Below, piece by piece: positions 47,334 through 57,780 of a stretch of 64,000 bases of DNA. Both the position numbers and the translations under genes were made by a program. Numbering within the stretch: the first letter of the stretch is position 1; each line of letters begins with the position of its first letter. The stretch spans positions 15,523 through 79,522 of the IMG/VR virus record IMGVR_UViG_2895374923_000002; one strand, written 5' to 3'. The notes under the pieces are model-generated. The model was not told the DNA's origin. It saw nothing but the letters and a program-made list of their open reading frames with translations, and made no database searches. This stretch comes from a virus.

Positions 47334-47884
47334 TGGACACAAAGCCCCCTGTTGTCGCGGACCTGCTGACCAAAGTCCGGCGCCCGGAGAAGACCGTCCC
47401 GATCTGCCTCGCAGGCGACCTGCAGGCCGAGTTTGAGGATCTCGATCGCGACCTGGCGATTGCCCGCGAGCAGCCCGCCGACGGGACGCTCGCAGGCGGC
47501 GGGAATCCGCTCGCCACGCAGCTCGCCCATCAGATCATGGAGCTGCGCGAGCGGATGCGCGAGCACACCACCGTGTTCCGTTTCCGCGGCCTTCCACGCA
47601 AGGCGTTCAGTGACCTGGTCGCTGCTCATCCGCCGTCCGATGAGGACAAAGAGACCGGCAACGACGTCAACTGGGAGACCTTCGGCGTCGCCCTCGTCTC
47701 AGCGTGCGCCGTCGAGCCGGAGATGACGGAAGCGGAGACCGGGCAACTCGCCGACGCCCTCACGCAGGCGCAGTGGGATTCCCTGTTCGCAGCCGCCTGG
47801 AGCGTGAACAAGAGGGACGTGGACGTCCCTTTCTCCTACGCCGCATCCGCGGTTCTGCAGAGCTCCAAGAAGAACTCGAAGTAG
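47333..47884 (+). CDS. Tail assembly chaperone (gpG-like)
   Basis: Position between MTP and TMP; ends DVPFS. Confidence 0.8.
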   Translation: MDTKPPVVADLLTKVRRPEKTVPICLAGDLQAEFEDLDRDLAIAREQPADGTLAGGGNPLATQLAHQIMELRERMREHTTVFRFRGLPRKAFSDLVAAHPPSDEDKETGNDVNWETFGVALVSACAVEPEMTEAETGQLADALTQAQWDSLFAAAWSVNKRDVDVPFSYAASAVLQSSKKNSK

Positions 47885-48252
47885 CCGCTGCGTGGGGTGT
47901 GCCACGCAGCGAGCTGCTCGGCCGGCAAGCAGCCGCAGTGACCGAGTACCACTACGACGGTGGCCGGCTGACCCACACGACGACCACGTGGGAGCCGCGC
48001 TGGCTTGATGAGGATCTCGCGTGGGCGAAGGCATGGATGCACTACCAGGCCAACAAATGCCCAGGATGCGGCTGGCAACTCGTAGAGAGCACCGCCATGC
48101 ACAACGGTGAGCCTGCGCACTCCTTCCACGTCCCGGACCCGCTGCGCTGCCACGTGTGTGACGCGCGAAAGAAGGCCCAGGAAGCCCACGAGAAGAAGGG
48201 CGCCGTCGTCCGCCCCGAGGCTCAGGTATGGGTGGTCGAGCAGGTCGACTAG
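47333..48252 (+). CDS. Tail assembly chaperone gpGT-like, via -1 frameshift at 47827-47833
   Basis: Slippery heptamer C CCT TTC in frame 0; -1 frame is open from there to 48252. Confidence 0.75.
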
Positions 48253-48584
48253 CTACCCGCGGCTTCGGCCCGGCGCTGGCGGTCGTTGTTCATGATGACC
48301 CCGGCAAAGAACGCCACCACACCAGCTCCCACGAGGATGAACCCTGGGATGCGCAGGAGGTTGCGCAGGTCGGAGCACCCTGCCGCGGCGTTAACCCGTC
48401 CCGAGAGAGATTGGCCGTTCTCGCTGAGAAGAGCGTTGGTCAGGTCGTTGACCCGGGCGTCGCGGCTTTCGACGAACGCACTGCCGCAGTTGACGCCCTG
48501 GCTGCTGACGGGGACGAATCCGACGATCGCGCCGACGCCGAGTAGCACCACGGCGACGATCATCAGCTTCTTGAAGGTGGTCAT
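48249..48584 (-). CDS. Two-TM membrane protein (superinfection-exclusion-like moron)
   Basis: Two hydrophobic helices flanking a loop with two Cys; antisense between chaperone and TMP. Confidence 0.6.
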   Translation of the reverse strand: MTTFKKLMIVAVVLLGVGAIVGFVPVSSQGVNCGSAFVESRDARVNDLTNALLSENGQSLSGRVNAAAGCSDLRNLLRIPGFILVGAGVVAFFAGVIMNNDRQRRAEAAGS

Positions 48585-48697
48585 TGAGGATCCCCTCTTC
48601 GATGCGGGCCCCCGACTCGTCGTGATGATGACACGGTCCAACGCCTCACCCGACGCGAACGGCCCAACTCGTTACCTGCCGGGCGGGGGTGAACCTC

Positions 48698-51600
48698 GTG
48701 GCCGACAGGTCAGTAAGCATTTCGCTTCGCGCCCGGGTGGCCGACTTCGTCACCGGCATGGGTGCGGCGAAGAAGAGCACCCAGGACCTGTCGCGCAACA
48801 TGACCGAGACCGGCGCTTCCGCGGACAGGATGCGCCAGCGCCTCGAAGCAGCCACGCGGGCACTACCGAAGATCCAGATCGACGCCGATTCGACCGCAGC
48901 CGAGATCAAGTTCGCGCAATTGCGTGCCGAACTGGAAAAGCTCGCCAGCAAGCGCATCGGGATCGACATCGATGCCGACGCCGCCCGCACCGAAATCGCG
49001 GAGATCGAACGGCAACTGGAGCAGCTCCAGCGCTCCGAAGTGGACATCAACGTCCGCGCCGACATCGGCACCGCGCTGGCCGAACTGCGGGCGATGGACG
49101 GCGAGGTGTCCCGCCTGGACGGACGCCAGGCCCACGTGCGCGTGGACGCCAACGTCTCCGGCGCACTCGCGAACATCGCCCTCGTAGCCGCTGCACTCGC
49201 ATCGCTACCGGCGGTTACCACGATCGCTGTCGGGGTCGCCGGCCTCGGAGCGGCCTTCACCGCCGCCGGGCTCGGCGCCGCGGCGTTCACCGCCGCAGCC
49301 GCACCAGGGTTCGGCCGCGTCACGGAGGCGCTGAAGGCGCAGGAGGCGGCAGCCAAGAGCGCCGGAGGAGCTACGGGCGGAGCCGGACAGTCAGCGGCCC
49401 AGGCGGCTCAGCAGGCGCTCCAGCTTGAGGCGGCGGAGAAGCGGCTGGCCGATGCTCAGCGCGAGGAGAAGCAGGCACAGGAAGACCTCACACGAGCGCG
49501 GGAGGCTGGCCGCCGGGCGCTTGAGGACATGAACTTCAGCCTCGAACGCAGCATCCTCAGCCAGAAGGACGCGGCTCTCGCCGTCCGCGAAGCCGAGGCG
49601 CGCCTGTCGGAGCTGCTGGCCCGCGGCGATGCATCCGACCTGGAGATCGAGCGGGCGATGCTCGGCGTCGAGATGGCGCAGCAGAGGGCCCGTGAGCAGG
49701 AGGTCAAGACCCAGCGCGCCCGCGAGGACACCGCCGCGGCGAACAAAAAGGGCGTCGAGGGCACCAAGGAATACCAGCGCGGCCTGGAGAACCTGCGCCA
49801 GGCACAGGACAAGGTCGCCCAAGCGGAGATGCAGCTCAAGATGCTGCACCTCCAGCAGCAGGCCGCCATGTCCGGCGGCGGAGGTGGCGCATCGAAACTC
49901 GCCGATGCGTTCGCCAACCTGAGTAAGGCCGAGAAGGCGCTGGCCGTCGACCTCAAGGCGTTCATCGACGAGTACACGCGCTGGCAGCAATCCCTTCAAG
50001 CGGACACGTTCAAGGTCATCTCAGGCGGCCTGGACCTCATTTCCTCACAGCTGCCGCGCCTGTCTCCGATGGTTACAGCCACCGCCGCTTCGTTCCTGAT
50101 CCTGGAGCGGGACGCGCAGCGGGCTCTTGCCGGCCCGTTCTGGTCTCAGTTCCTATCCAACGTCACTCAGCAGATCCCGACCGCGATCGTTGGACTCGGC
50201 CGGAGCTTCGGGAACGTGACGACCGGCATCGCCGGGATGATCAACGCGTTCCTGCCCTTCACTCCCACGATCGTCGGCGGGATCGAGAGAGCGACGGCAG
50301 CGTTCTCCCAGTGGGGTCAGCAACTGGCCGGATCGAACGAGTTCCGCCAGTTCATTCTGTTCGTCCAAGAGAACGCCCCACGCGTCTGGGAGATGATCAA
50401 GAATGTTGCCGGCGCCATCGGCAACATCGTCACAGCGCTCGCCCCCCTCGGCGTCGGGCCGCTGGCAGGACTCAATCTCCTCGCATCGATCGTCCGAGGC
50501 ATGGACCCCGGCCACATCCAGATGATCGCCATCGCTATCGGCGCCGTCTACACCGCGGTCAAAGCGGGCCAGGCGATCAACGCGGCCGTGACCGCCCTGA
50601 CCAACCTGCAAACCCGGATGGACGCAGTCGGCAACTCCGCTGGCGGCGCCAAAGGGAAGATCGCATCCTTTGCCGGGGCTCTCGGGGCCGGCGGGCCTTG
50701 GGGCGTCGCCATCGCCGCAGGCATCACCGCACTTGGGATCTTCGCTCAACGGCAGGTTGAAGCCGAAGGACGGATCAGGGAGCTGACCGCGACCCTGGAC
50801 CGGCAGAGCGGCGCCGTTACCGCGGACACGCGGGAGTGGACGAAGAACCGCCTCGAAACCGAAGGCGCCCTGAAGGCGGCGCAGCAACTCGGCATCCCTC
50901 TGCAGATGGTGACCGACGCCGCTCTCGGCAACAAGGCCGCACTTGAGGGTGTCAACGCAGCGATGGCCCGCTTCACCGACGTGTCTCAGGGTGCCAAGGT
51001 CATCGGAGGCTCGTGGGCTGGGACAGTGGACGAAAACGTGCGCGCCGCCAACCTGCTCAAGGCGGCGCTCAGCGACACCAACACGGAGCTGGGCGATTCG
51101 GTTGCGGCACACCAGCGGCTCGCCGAGGCCGGTGGGCAGACCGCTACATCCAGTCAGACTGCCGGATCTGGCATCACCGCAATGGGTGGTCAGGCAGCGA
51201 CAGCCTCCGGCCAGGTGATGTCGCTGCGAGACGAGTTGGACAAGCTGACCGGCTCGAACTTCGCGGCCGAGCAGGCCAACATCGCGTTCGCTTCCGCGCT
51301 CACTCGGGCGAAGGACGCAGCGACGCAGAACGGCGCCGCGACCAACACCAACACACAGGCGTACTGGAACAATCGATCCGCCTTGCTGGATGTCGCCAGA
51401 GCCTCCAATGACGTGCGGACCGCCCTGGAACAGCAGGGCGTTCCTATGGAACTGGTCAACGAGAAGGCCAGGCAGCAACGGGATGCGTTCATCCAAGTCG
51501 CCGAGAAGATGGGCTACACGAAGACTCAGGCCAAGGCGATGGCCGATCAGATGGGGCTCATCCCCAGCAAGATCGAAACCAAGGTCGACGCGCCCGGAAT

Positions 51601-52222
51601 GCCGAAGACCAAGCAGGAATTCATCGACCTGGCCAAGGAACTCGGCGTTGGTAGAGATCGAGCCGAGGAACTCTGGCAGAAGCTCAAGCGCCTCGACGGC
51701 ATGCAGGTATCGGCGACCTTCACCCTCCGCGAAGCAATGATCCGCAAGCAGGAGAACATCAAGGCACGCGCCGGCGGGATCCTCTCCTACGGCGGCGGGC
51801 ACGCCATGAGGGCATTTGCCACCGGCGGCATAGAGGCTTACGCCGCAGGCGGGAGACGCCCCGGCCCACATGTAGCTACGAGCCCGACAGTCCTGTTCGG
51901 CGAGGGCTCAGGGCCTGAGGCGTTCATCCCCTACGAGCCGCGATTCAGGAGCAGAGCCGAAGCACTCGTGCAGCAGGTTGCTTCAGATTTCGGCATGCGA
52001 TCCGAACGGTCGGCACCATCCAAGGTGTCTACGCCACAGCAAATGACAGCGATGAGAAGCCCTGGAGGATCTGCGCATAGCAGCACCGGCGTATCTCGTG
52101 ATTCGGCGGCGACCGCCAGTGGCGGCGCATCGGTGAACTTTTTCGGCACAACGATTCGCGAGTCCGTGGATGTTGCTGTGGTGTCGGCACAGATTGGTCA
52201 GGTCCTCGATAGCCGCGGCTGA
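48698..52222 (+). CDS. Tape measure protein
   Basis: ~1170 aa, Ala-rich helical, hydrophobic mid-segments, C-terminal FATGG...GE...EAFIP. Confidence 0.93.
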   Translation: MADRSVSISLRARVADFVTGMGAAKKSTQDLSRNMTETGASADRMRQRLEAATRALPKIQIDADSTAAEIKFAQLRAELEKLASKRIGIDIDADAARTEIAEIERQLEQLQRSEVDINVRADIGTALAELRAMDGEVSRLDGRQAHVRVDANVSGALANIALVAAALASLPAVTTIAVGVAGLGAAFTAAGLGAAAFTAAAAPGFGRVTEALKAQEAAAKSAGGATGGAGQSAAQAAQQALQLEAAEKRLADAQREEKQAQEDLTRAREAGRRALEDMNFSLERSILSQKDAALAVREAEARLSELLARGDASDLEIERAMLGVEMAQQRAREQEVKTQRAREDTAAANKKGVEGTKEYQRGLENLRQAQDKVAQAEMQLKMLHLQQQAAMSGGGGGASKLADAFANLSKAEKALAVDLKAFIDEYTRWQQSLQADTFKVISGGLDLISSQLPRLSPMVTATAASFLILERDAQRALAGPFWSQFLSNVTQQIPTAIVGLGRSFGNVTTGIAGMINAFLPFTPTIVGGIERATAAFSQWGQQLAGSNEFRQFILFVQENAPRVWEMIKNVAGAIGNIVTALAPLGVGPLAGLNLLASIVRGMDPGHIQMIAIAIGAVYTAVKAGQAINAAVTALTNLQTRMDAVGNSAGGAKGKIASFAGALGAGGPWGVAIAAGITALGIFAQRQVEAEGRIRELTATLDRQSGAVTADTREWTKNRLETEGALKAAQQLGIPLQMVTDAALGNKAALEGVNAAMARFTDVSQGAKVIGGSWAGTVDENVRAANLLKAALSDTNTELGDSVAAHQRLAEAGGQTATSSQTAGSGITAMGGQAATASGQVMSLRDELDKLTGSNFAAEQANIAFASALTRAKDAATQNGAATNTNTQAYWNNRSALLDVARASNDVRTALEQQGVPMELVNEKARQQRDAFIQVAEKMGYTKTQAKAMADQMGLIPSKIETKVDAPGMPKTKQEFIDLAKELGVGRDRAEELWQKLKRLDGMQVSATFTLREAMIRKQENIKARAGGILSYGGGHAMRAFATGGIEAYAAGGRRPGPHVATSPTVLFGEGSGPEAFIPYEPRFRSRAEALVQQVASDFGMRSERSAPSKVSTPQQMTAMRSPGGSAHSSTGVSRDSAATASGGASVNFFGTTIRESVDVAVVSAQIGQVLDSRG

Positions 52223-52264
52223 GCCCGCTCTTCACAACCACCTGATGGGAGGGCGGGCTCAGCC

Positions 52265-52516
52265 ATGCCTTGGGATCCAGATAGCGGCCTGACATTCGGC
52301 GAATGGATGCGCGGCGGAGAACGCGTAGGTGAGGGCCGCACGGCTGATGTGGTCGTCGGGGAAACGTCCTGGGTGACCCGGGACCAGGTGGCCGAGGGGC
52401 GCACGCCCGACGGCGGCCGATTCAAAGCGGTCCGGGATCAGGCCGGTCACATCGTCACCGAAGAGACCACTTCGTCAGGCCGTCAGCGCAAACACGTCAC
52501 GATCAACCTCGGTTAG
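52265..52516 (+). CDS. Small hypothetical protein
   Basis: ORF after TMP, preceded by hairpin 52221-52260. Confidence 0.5.
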   Translation: MPWDPDSGLTFGEWMRGGERVGEGRTADVVVGETSWVTRDQVAEGRTPDGGRFKAVRDQAGHIVTEETTSSGRQRKHVTINLG

Positions 52517-52525
52517 GAGGCATCC

Positions 52526-52993
52526 GTGGCGATCACGCAAGACGGATGGTTCAACGACACCTACGTCAAGGTGTTCAGGCAGACCGTCACGATCGACGTC
52601 GGTAACACGACGCCGGGGACGTTCAAGGGCGCTCTGTGGACGGGTTCGGTGACGCCGGACTTCAGTCAGACCAACCCGGCCTACAGTTCGAGCCCCTGGA
52701 ACAGCGGGGAGACGTCCGGGCCCGGCTATTCCGCCGGCGGCAACAACCTGACCGTGGTCTCGTTCGCCGAGTTGTCCGGGGTGGCGAACAAGGTCGGCTG
52801 GCGGTTCTCGGCCACGAGCTGGACGAGCGCCACGATCGCGGCTGAGGGGTTGCTTGTATACGCGCCCGGCATCTCCAACCGCGCGTTCCTTCTGCGGTAC
52901 TTCGGTCAGAGCTACGACAGCTCCGACGGTGATTACACCGTTACGCCCGACGCCACCGGACTTTGGCGCACAGTGCTACGCAACGCCGCCTGA
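52526..52993 (+). CDS. Minor tail protein
   Basis: GETSGPGYSAGG motif. Confidence 0.65.
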   Translation: MAITQDGWFNDTYVKVFRQTVTIDVGNTTPGTFKGALWTGSVTPDFSQTNPAYSSSPWNSGETSGPGYSAGGNNLTVVSFAELSGVANKVGWRFSATSWTSATIAAEGLLVYAPGISNRAFLLRYFGQSYDSSDGDYTVTPDATGLWRTVLRNAA

Positions 52994-53011
52994 CCCGATT
53001 CTTTCCGCTCT

Positions 53012-53035
53012 GCCCCGCCCAGGTGCGGGGCTTTT
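53012..53035 (+). terminator. Intrinsic terminator
   Basis: GCCCCGC-CCAGGT-GCGGGGC-TTTT. Confidence 0.7.
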
Positions 53036-53056
53036 GCATGTGAGGAGGGCCAGGTC

Positions 53057-53554
53057 ATGGCCTTGTACTGGGCTGCCAACGGGGCGATGCCGACGACGGC
53101 GGCGCTCTCGCCGGTCACGACCGGTACGTCGATCAAGACGCTGCTGCAGATCGCCACACCGTCCACGCGGGTCATCCGGATCGTGGAGTGGGGGATCAGC
53201 TTCGACGGCTCCGCCGCAGCGACTCCGATCCGGTGTGAGCTGATCCAGACGGATGTAGCGGCGACGGTGACCGCGCATGTCGCCGCCGGCGTGCAGCCGT
53301 ACGACGACCCGAACGCGCCCGCGAGCCTGGTGACATTGGGTACGTCGGCGACGGGCTACACCTCCACCTCCGAGGGGTCCACGACGGCCACCCGTTACAT
53401 GGACCTGCAGCTGGTGTCGCCCACCACCCAGTACGTGAAGTTGTGGCCATTGGGCCGCGAGCCGATGGTGCCGGTCAGCAAGTTCCTGCGGGTGCGGGTG
53501 ACGGCAGGTGCCGCAGTGAATGCGTACACCTATGTGGTGTGGCAGGAGGCGTGA
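53057..53554 (+). CDS. Minor tail protein
   Basis: Resembles 33418-33897. Confidence 0.6.
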   Translation: MALYWAANGAMPTTAALSPVTTGTSIKTLLQIATPSTRVIRIVEWGISFDGSAAATPIRCELIQTDVAATVTAHVAAGVQPYDDPNAPASLVTLGTSATGYTSTSEGSTTATRYMDLQLVSPTTQYVKLWPLGREPMVPVSKFLRVRVTAGAAVNAYTYVVWQEA

Positions 53555-54271
53555 ATGGCGATCGCGATCCACGGCTCTACGCCGGCGATCGTGGCGGGCG
53601 CCTCGTCCACTCAGACCACTGCGGCGTTCAATCCGCCGGCAAGTTCGGTGCTGGTGGCGTGCATGGCGTTCGAGGCCAGCGGTGCGAACGGAGCGACGCT
53701 CACGCTCGGAAACACGGGTACCTCGCTCACCTGGACTCTCCGGTCCCGGCGAGACGGTAGCGAGGGCGGTGCCGAGGACGGCATCGTGGCGATCTACACG
53801 GCGGTCAATGTGGCCGCGCAGACTGGGATTGACGTGTCCGTCACGAGCAGCCGTGAGGATGACGCCGGCGCGTTGAAGGTGTTCGTGGTGACCGGAGCCG
53901 ACGTGACCGGCCCGGTGGGTGCGGTGGGTGAGGGCTCATCCACGACGGACAACATCACGCCGAACGTGTATACCTCGACGGCAGCGAACTCGAGGGCGTT
54001 CGGGATCGGCCAGGACTGGAACATTCAAGGTGCCCCGACCAGCTCTGACACTGGTTTTCCCTGGGATGTTGATGAGCGGACGAGCGGGATCGCGGTCCAC
54101 AAGGCGGCCGACACCGCGACAGCTGGATCGACCGTCACGCTGAACTTCAACTCGGCCGGCGCAGCGCCTGCGTGGAACTGGGTGGCGGTCGAGATCAAGC
54201 CCGCCGTGGAGTTCATGCCGCGCCTGCCTGTCGTGATCGGCCAGGCGATACAGCGCGCCTCCGTCTACTAG
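53555..54271 (+). CDS. Minor tail protein (beta-sandwich)
   Basis: Resembles 32701-33408. Confidence 0.6.
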   Translation: MAIAIHGSTPAIVAGASSTQTTAAFNPPASSVLVACMAFEASGANGATLTLGNTGTSLTWTLRSRRDGSEGGAEDGIVAIYTAVNVAAQTGIDVSVTSSREDDAGALKVFVVTGADVTGPVGAVGEGSSTTDNITPNVYTSTAANSRAFGIGQDWNIQGAPTSSDTGFPWDVDERTSGIAVHKAADTATAGSTVTLNFNSAGAAPAWNWVAVEIKPAVEFMPRLPVVIGQAIQRASVY

Positions 54272-54280
54272 CTGGGAGGC

Positions 54281-55363
54281 GTGGTGGCTCGTCTCGGCCG
54301 GTCGCATCCGATCCCGCCCACGATCAAGAGCCCGCTGCGGTTCTCGCTGCGAGAGATCACCCTGGGCGTCTTCGAGTCGGTCTCGGAGTGGCCCGCAGTA
54401 GAGGTGACGACGCCGAACGTCAGCCTCTTCCTGCCGCCGTTCGAGTCGGCGTCGGAGTGGCCGACACTGTCGTTCGTCCGCGACCAGGTCTTCACCCTGT
54501 CGGCCTTCGAGAGTGTCTCGGAATGGCCGACGCTCACGGTCTCGATTCCGATCAAGCCCGGCGACAGCCTGACCGGGGCCGATGGAGAGATCGAGTGGAA
54601 CGGCACCTTGTGGGGGCCGACCACGGACGTGCGGGTCTTGGTCCCAGTGGAGGGCTGGCTGTCGATGCCCGGCATCGACAACCTCAATGTGGAGAAGCCG
54701 ACGCAGCACGGCGCGTGGGATGCCCGGAAGCTAGCCCAGCAGCGGATCGTCAGCTTCCAGCTGCAGCCGAACTCACGCGATGACCCGACGCAGGTACAGA
54801 CACTCATCGACGCGATCACCTCAGCGACCGGCATCCCGGAGTCGGAGGATCCACTGCCGCTGGTCATCAAGGCGTATGGGGAGCCGAAGCTGGCGTTCGG
54901 GCAGGTGATCGCCCGGCCGCTGGTGCTGGACGGCGACTACAACGTGGGTCTGCCGACGGTCGGCGTGGTGATCGCGTGCGGGGATCCGCGCCTGTACGGG
55001 CTGGAGCCGCACGGCGTCACCGTCGCGGTGTCCACGCCGACCGCCATCGCCAATGCAGGCAACGCCGCAACGCATCCGATCATCCGGCTTGAGGGCCCCG
55101 TCACCAACCCGGTCCTGGTCAACTCCACGCTCGGCCGGACGCTGCAGTTTTCGATCGTCGTGCCCGAGGGCGAAATCCTGGAGATCGTCACCGGCGATGG
55201 CACGGTGACGATGGATGGCGACAACCAGATGTCCACCCTCGCCGGCTCATCCGTCCCGGTCCAGGACTTCGTTCTCGCCGCCGGCTCCAACCTGATCACC
55301 TACACGGTCACGTCCGGCGGCGGTGGCGGAGCCGACTTCTTGTGGCGGGACGCCACCCTCTAA
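54281..55363 (+). CDS. Distal tail protein (Dit-like) with N-terminal FESxSEWP repeats
   Basis: CGDPRLYG, N.GNA.THP.I..EGP.TNP, L..GSN.I, W..A.L. Confidence 0.75.
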   Translation: MVARLGRSHPIPPTIKSPLRFSLREITLGVFESVSEWPAVEVTTPNVSLFLPPFESASEWPTLSFVRDQVFTLSAFESVSEWPTLTVSIPIKPGDSLTGADGEIEWNGTLWGPTTDVRVLVPVEGWLSMPGIDNLNVEKPTQHGAWDARKLAQQRIVSFQLQPNSRDDPTQVQTLIDAITSATGIPESEDPLPLVIKAYGEPKLAFGQVIARPLVLDGDYNVGLPTVGVVIACGDPRLYGLEPHGVTVAVSTPTAIANAGNAATHPIIRLEGPVTNPVLVNSTLGRTLQFSIVVPEGEILEIVTGDGTVTMDGDNQMSTLAGSSVPVQDFVLAAGSNLITYTVTSGGGGGADFLWRDATL

Positions 55364-55380
55364 AGAGCCGGGGGTGACGG

Positions 55381-57195
55381 GTGACCGCGTTCGTCCGCAG
55401 CTCCATCACCGGCACAGGCGTCGGCTCCTCCTGGACCTGCCAGCCGCCGCCCGGATACAAGCCCGGCGACCAGCTCATCGCCGGACTGGTCGTGGACTCG
55501 GGCGGGGTAGCGGACCTGTCTCCGGGCTGGGAGTGGCTCGGCCGCATCTCCGGTGACATCAACTGGCTGTCGGCGATCGACGTCTACTGGCGGACCGCGA
55601 CCGCCGCAGAACCCACCTACACGATCTCGCAGGCCGAAACCGCGGACGGCGCGATCGTCATCGCCGCCCTGGGTAACGCGCTCGGCATCCCGCAGGTGTA
55701 TGGCACTGAGGTGCAGCCGGCCACCACGGCTGTGGAGTCGCCGTCTGCTCTGCCGGAGTGGCCGCTGGGGCTGGATCTGCGGATCGCCGCAGGGGTGCCC
55801 AACAACCAGCCGGTCTCGTGGAGCACTCCGCTCGGGTACACGCTGATCGGGTCGGCGCAGTCTGAGGACGACGTCGCCATCACGATGTGCGTCAGTCCGC
55901 TGGCCTCGACGGCGCCGGTCGACGAGGAGACGCACTTCGCGTCCAACGTGCTGGTGTATGCGGGCGCGTACACGGTCCTTGTCCGGGCGAGGCAGGCGCC
56001 GGTTCCGCAGCCGCCGGTGGTGCAGCCCTTTGCTCCCGGCCGCGGCTCCTCCAGCTACCGGTACGTTTTCACGCGGCTGCTGGACCGCACGTATCTGGGT
56101 GACCTTGACCTCGTCAACGTCGCCTTCGACAAGCGGATCCTCCAGCCGGGGACCCTCAATGCGGCGATCCCGATCCCGTCCCGCAAGGTCGGCGACCAGG
56201 TCGCGGAGATCATCCCGCGAGACGCCACCGAACTTGGTAGCGGCCCAGGTGTGATCACCTGCCAGATCTACCGCGAGGGCGAGCCCTGGGGCGAGTACTG
56301 GATCACCAAGGCCACCCCGTCCCGAGGCCGGCGCGGCACGCCCGCGATCGCGCTGCAGGGCTCCACACTGGACGCCTACCTGGCCCGGGTGGAGATCCAG
56401 GATGATCTCGTCTTCGGCGGCGACGATCAGATCGCGATAGCCCGGGGCCTGCTGAACTCACTGCTGGGGCAGGCCAACGCCAACATCTCCCTCAGCCTCC
56501 AAGCCGGAACCTCCGGCGTCGTCCGCGATCGCACCTATCTGGAGTCCGAGGGCGGCACCTACGGGCAGCGGCTGATCGAGCTGGCGCAGGTGGACGACGG
56601 CTTCGAATGGATGATCAACCTTGAGCTGGTGGGCGGCTCCCTCGTACGCCGCTGGGTGTGGGGCTACCCGACGCTCGGCACCCTGGACCCGCCGCCGCAC
56701 CTTTTCGCGGACGGGCGCAGCGCCGGAGACATCCTGGACTGGTCAGAGGAGATCGACGCCCTGCGCGGCGCCACCCGCTGGCGGGCCCGCGGCTCCACCG
56801 TCTCCACCGACGCCTCCACCACCTCCACACCCGTCGTCTCCGGCGTGCACTCCGCGACCGCCCACCTGGCGGCCGGGTGGCCGCGCCTGGACCGGACCCT
56901 GTCCTACAGCACGGTCACACAAGCCGCCACCCTGGACGACTACGCCGCCTTCTGGGCGGCCAAAGCAGCAGGCGCGCTGCGTGTCGATCAGGCAACCGTC
57001 GCGCTCGGAAAGATCCCCTCGCTCACACCCAACAACCTCGGCGACGCCGCCCGCTTCTATCTCAACAACGAGTGGCACCGCGGCGAGTGGCGCACCCGGC
57101 GCATCATCGGCATAGGCATCACACCGTCCTCCCGCGACCACGGCAAAGAGGAAGCACGGCTGGTGCTCGAGGGGCAGGAGGCGCCAGGTGCCTAA
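55381..57195 (+). CDS. Tail tip / baseplate hub protein with N-terminal beta domain
   Basis: Position after Dit; YRYVFT.LL...LG.L.L, RDRTY, WRTRRIIG. Confidence 0.7.
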   Translation: MTAFVRSSITGTGVGSSWTCQPPPGYKPGDQLIAGLVVDSGGVADLSPGWEWLGRISGDINWLSAIDVYWRTATAAEPTYTISQAETADGAIVIAALGNALGIPQVYGTEVQPATTAVESPSALPEWPLGLDLRIAAGVPNNQPVSWSTPLGYTLIGSAQSEDDVAITMCVSPLASTAPVDEETHFASNVLVYAGAYTVLVRARQAPVPQPPVVQPFAPGRGSSSYRYVFTRLLDRTYLGDLDLVNVAFDKRILQPGTLNAAIPIPSRKVGDQVAEIIPRDATELGSGPGVITCQIYREGEPWGEYWITKATPSRGRRGTPAIALQGSTLDAYLARVEIQDDLVFGGDDQIAIARGLLNSLLGQANANISLSLQAGTSGVVRDRTYLESEGGTYGQRLIELAQVDDGFEWMINLELVGGSLVRRWVWGYPTLGTLDPPPHLFADGRSAGDILDWSEEIDALRGATRWRARGSTVSTDASTTSTPVVSGVHSATAHLAAGWPRLDRTLSYSTVTQAATLDDYAAFWAAKAAGALRVDQATVALGKIPSLTPNNLGDAARFYLNNEWHRGEWRTRRIIGIGITPSSRDHGKEEARLVLEGQEAPGA

Positions 57196-57607
57196 CGTCT
57201 ACCCCGGCGACCCTTGGGAACGCATCCGGCAACTGGAACGCGATGTGGAAGAGCTGAAGGCGCTGCTGGGAGTCCGGCAGCCGCTCACCAAGGCATCCGC
57301 CGGCTGGGAGATCCCCTCGCAGTCGACTCCCGCCGTGCCGGATACGGGCGGCCACCTGTACGCCTCCGGCGCGGACCCGTACTGGAGGGACTCCTCTGGC
57401 CTCTCCTACACCCTGAAGCCGCAGGTAGTTCCAGGCGTCTCGGTTGCTGACCCGCCGGACTTCACATCCTCCTCCTCCGCAGGCCCCACGTATGACAGCT
57501 CTGTGCAGAACATGCTGACCAATCTGCGCGCGGACGCGGCAGGCACCAAAATCGCCCTCGACAACCTGCTGTCATCCCTTCGCGGCGGTGGAGCCATCGC
57601 CAGCTGA
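57188..57607 (+). CDS. Minor tail protein
   Basis: N-terminal coiled coil IRQLERDVEELK. Confidence 0.55.
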   Translation: MPNVYPGDPWERIRQLERDVEELKALLGVRQPLTKASAGWEIPSQSTPAVPDTGGHLYASGADPYWRDSSGLSYTLKPQVVPGVSVADPPDFTSSSSAGPTYDSSVQNMLTNLRADAAGTKIALDNLLSSLRGGGAIAS

Positions 57608-57780
57608 TCGTGGACGTCCGGTCATCGGCTCACTCCTGAGGGTGCTGCGTGCATGCCGGTGATGGGAGCACGGACGGCCACCTCATTGATCGTGCCGCCC
57701 GTCTTCTGGGCCGGAAGCCCACGAGGGTGCGGACGGGCGGCACTCCTTCACCCTCCAAGACCGATGCCGGGAGGCGTCTC

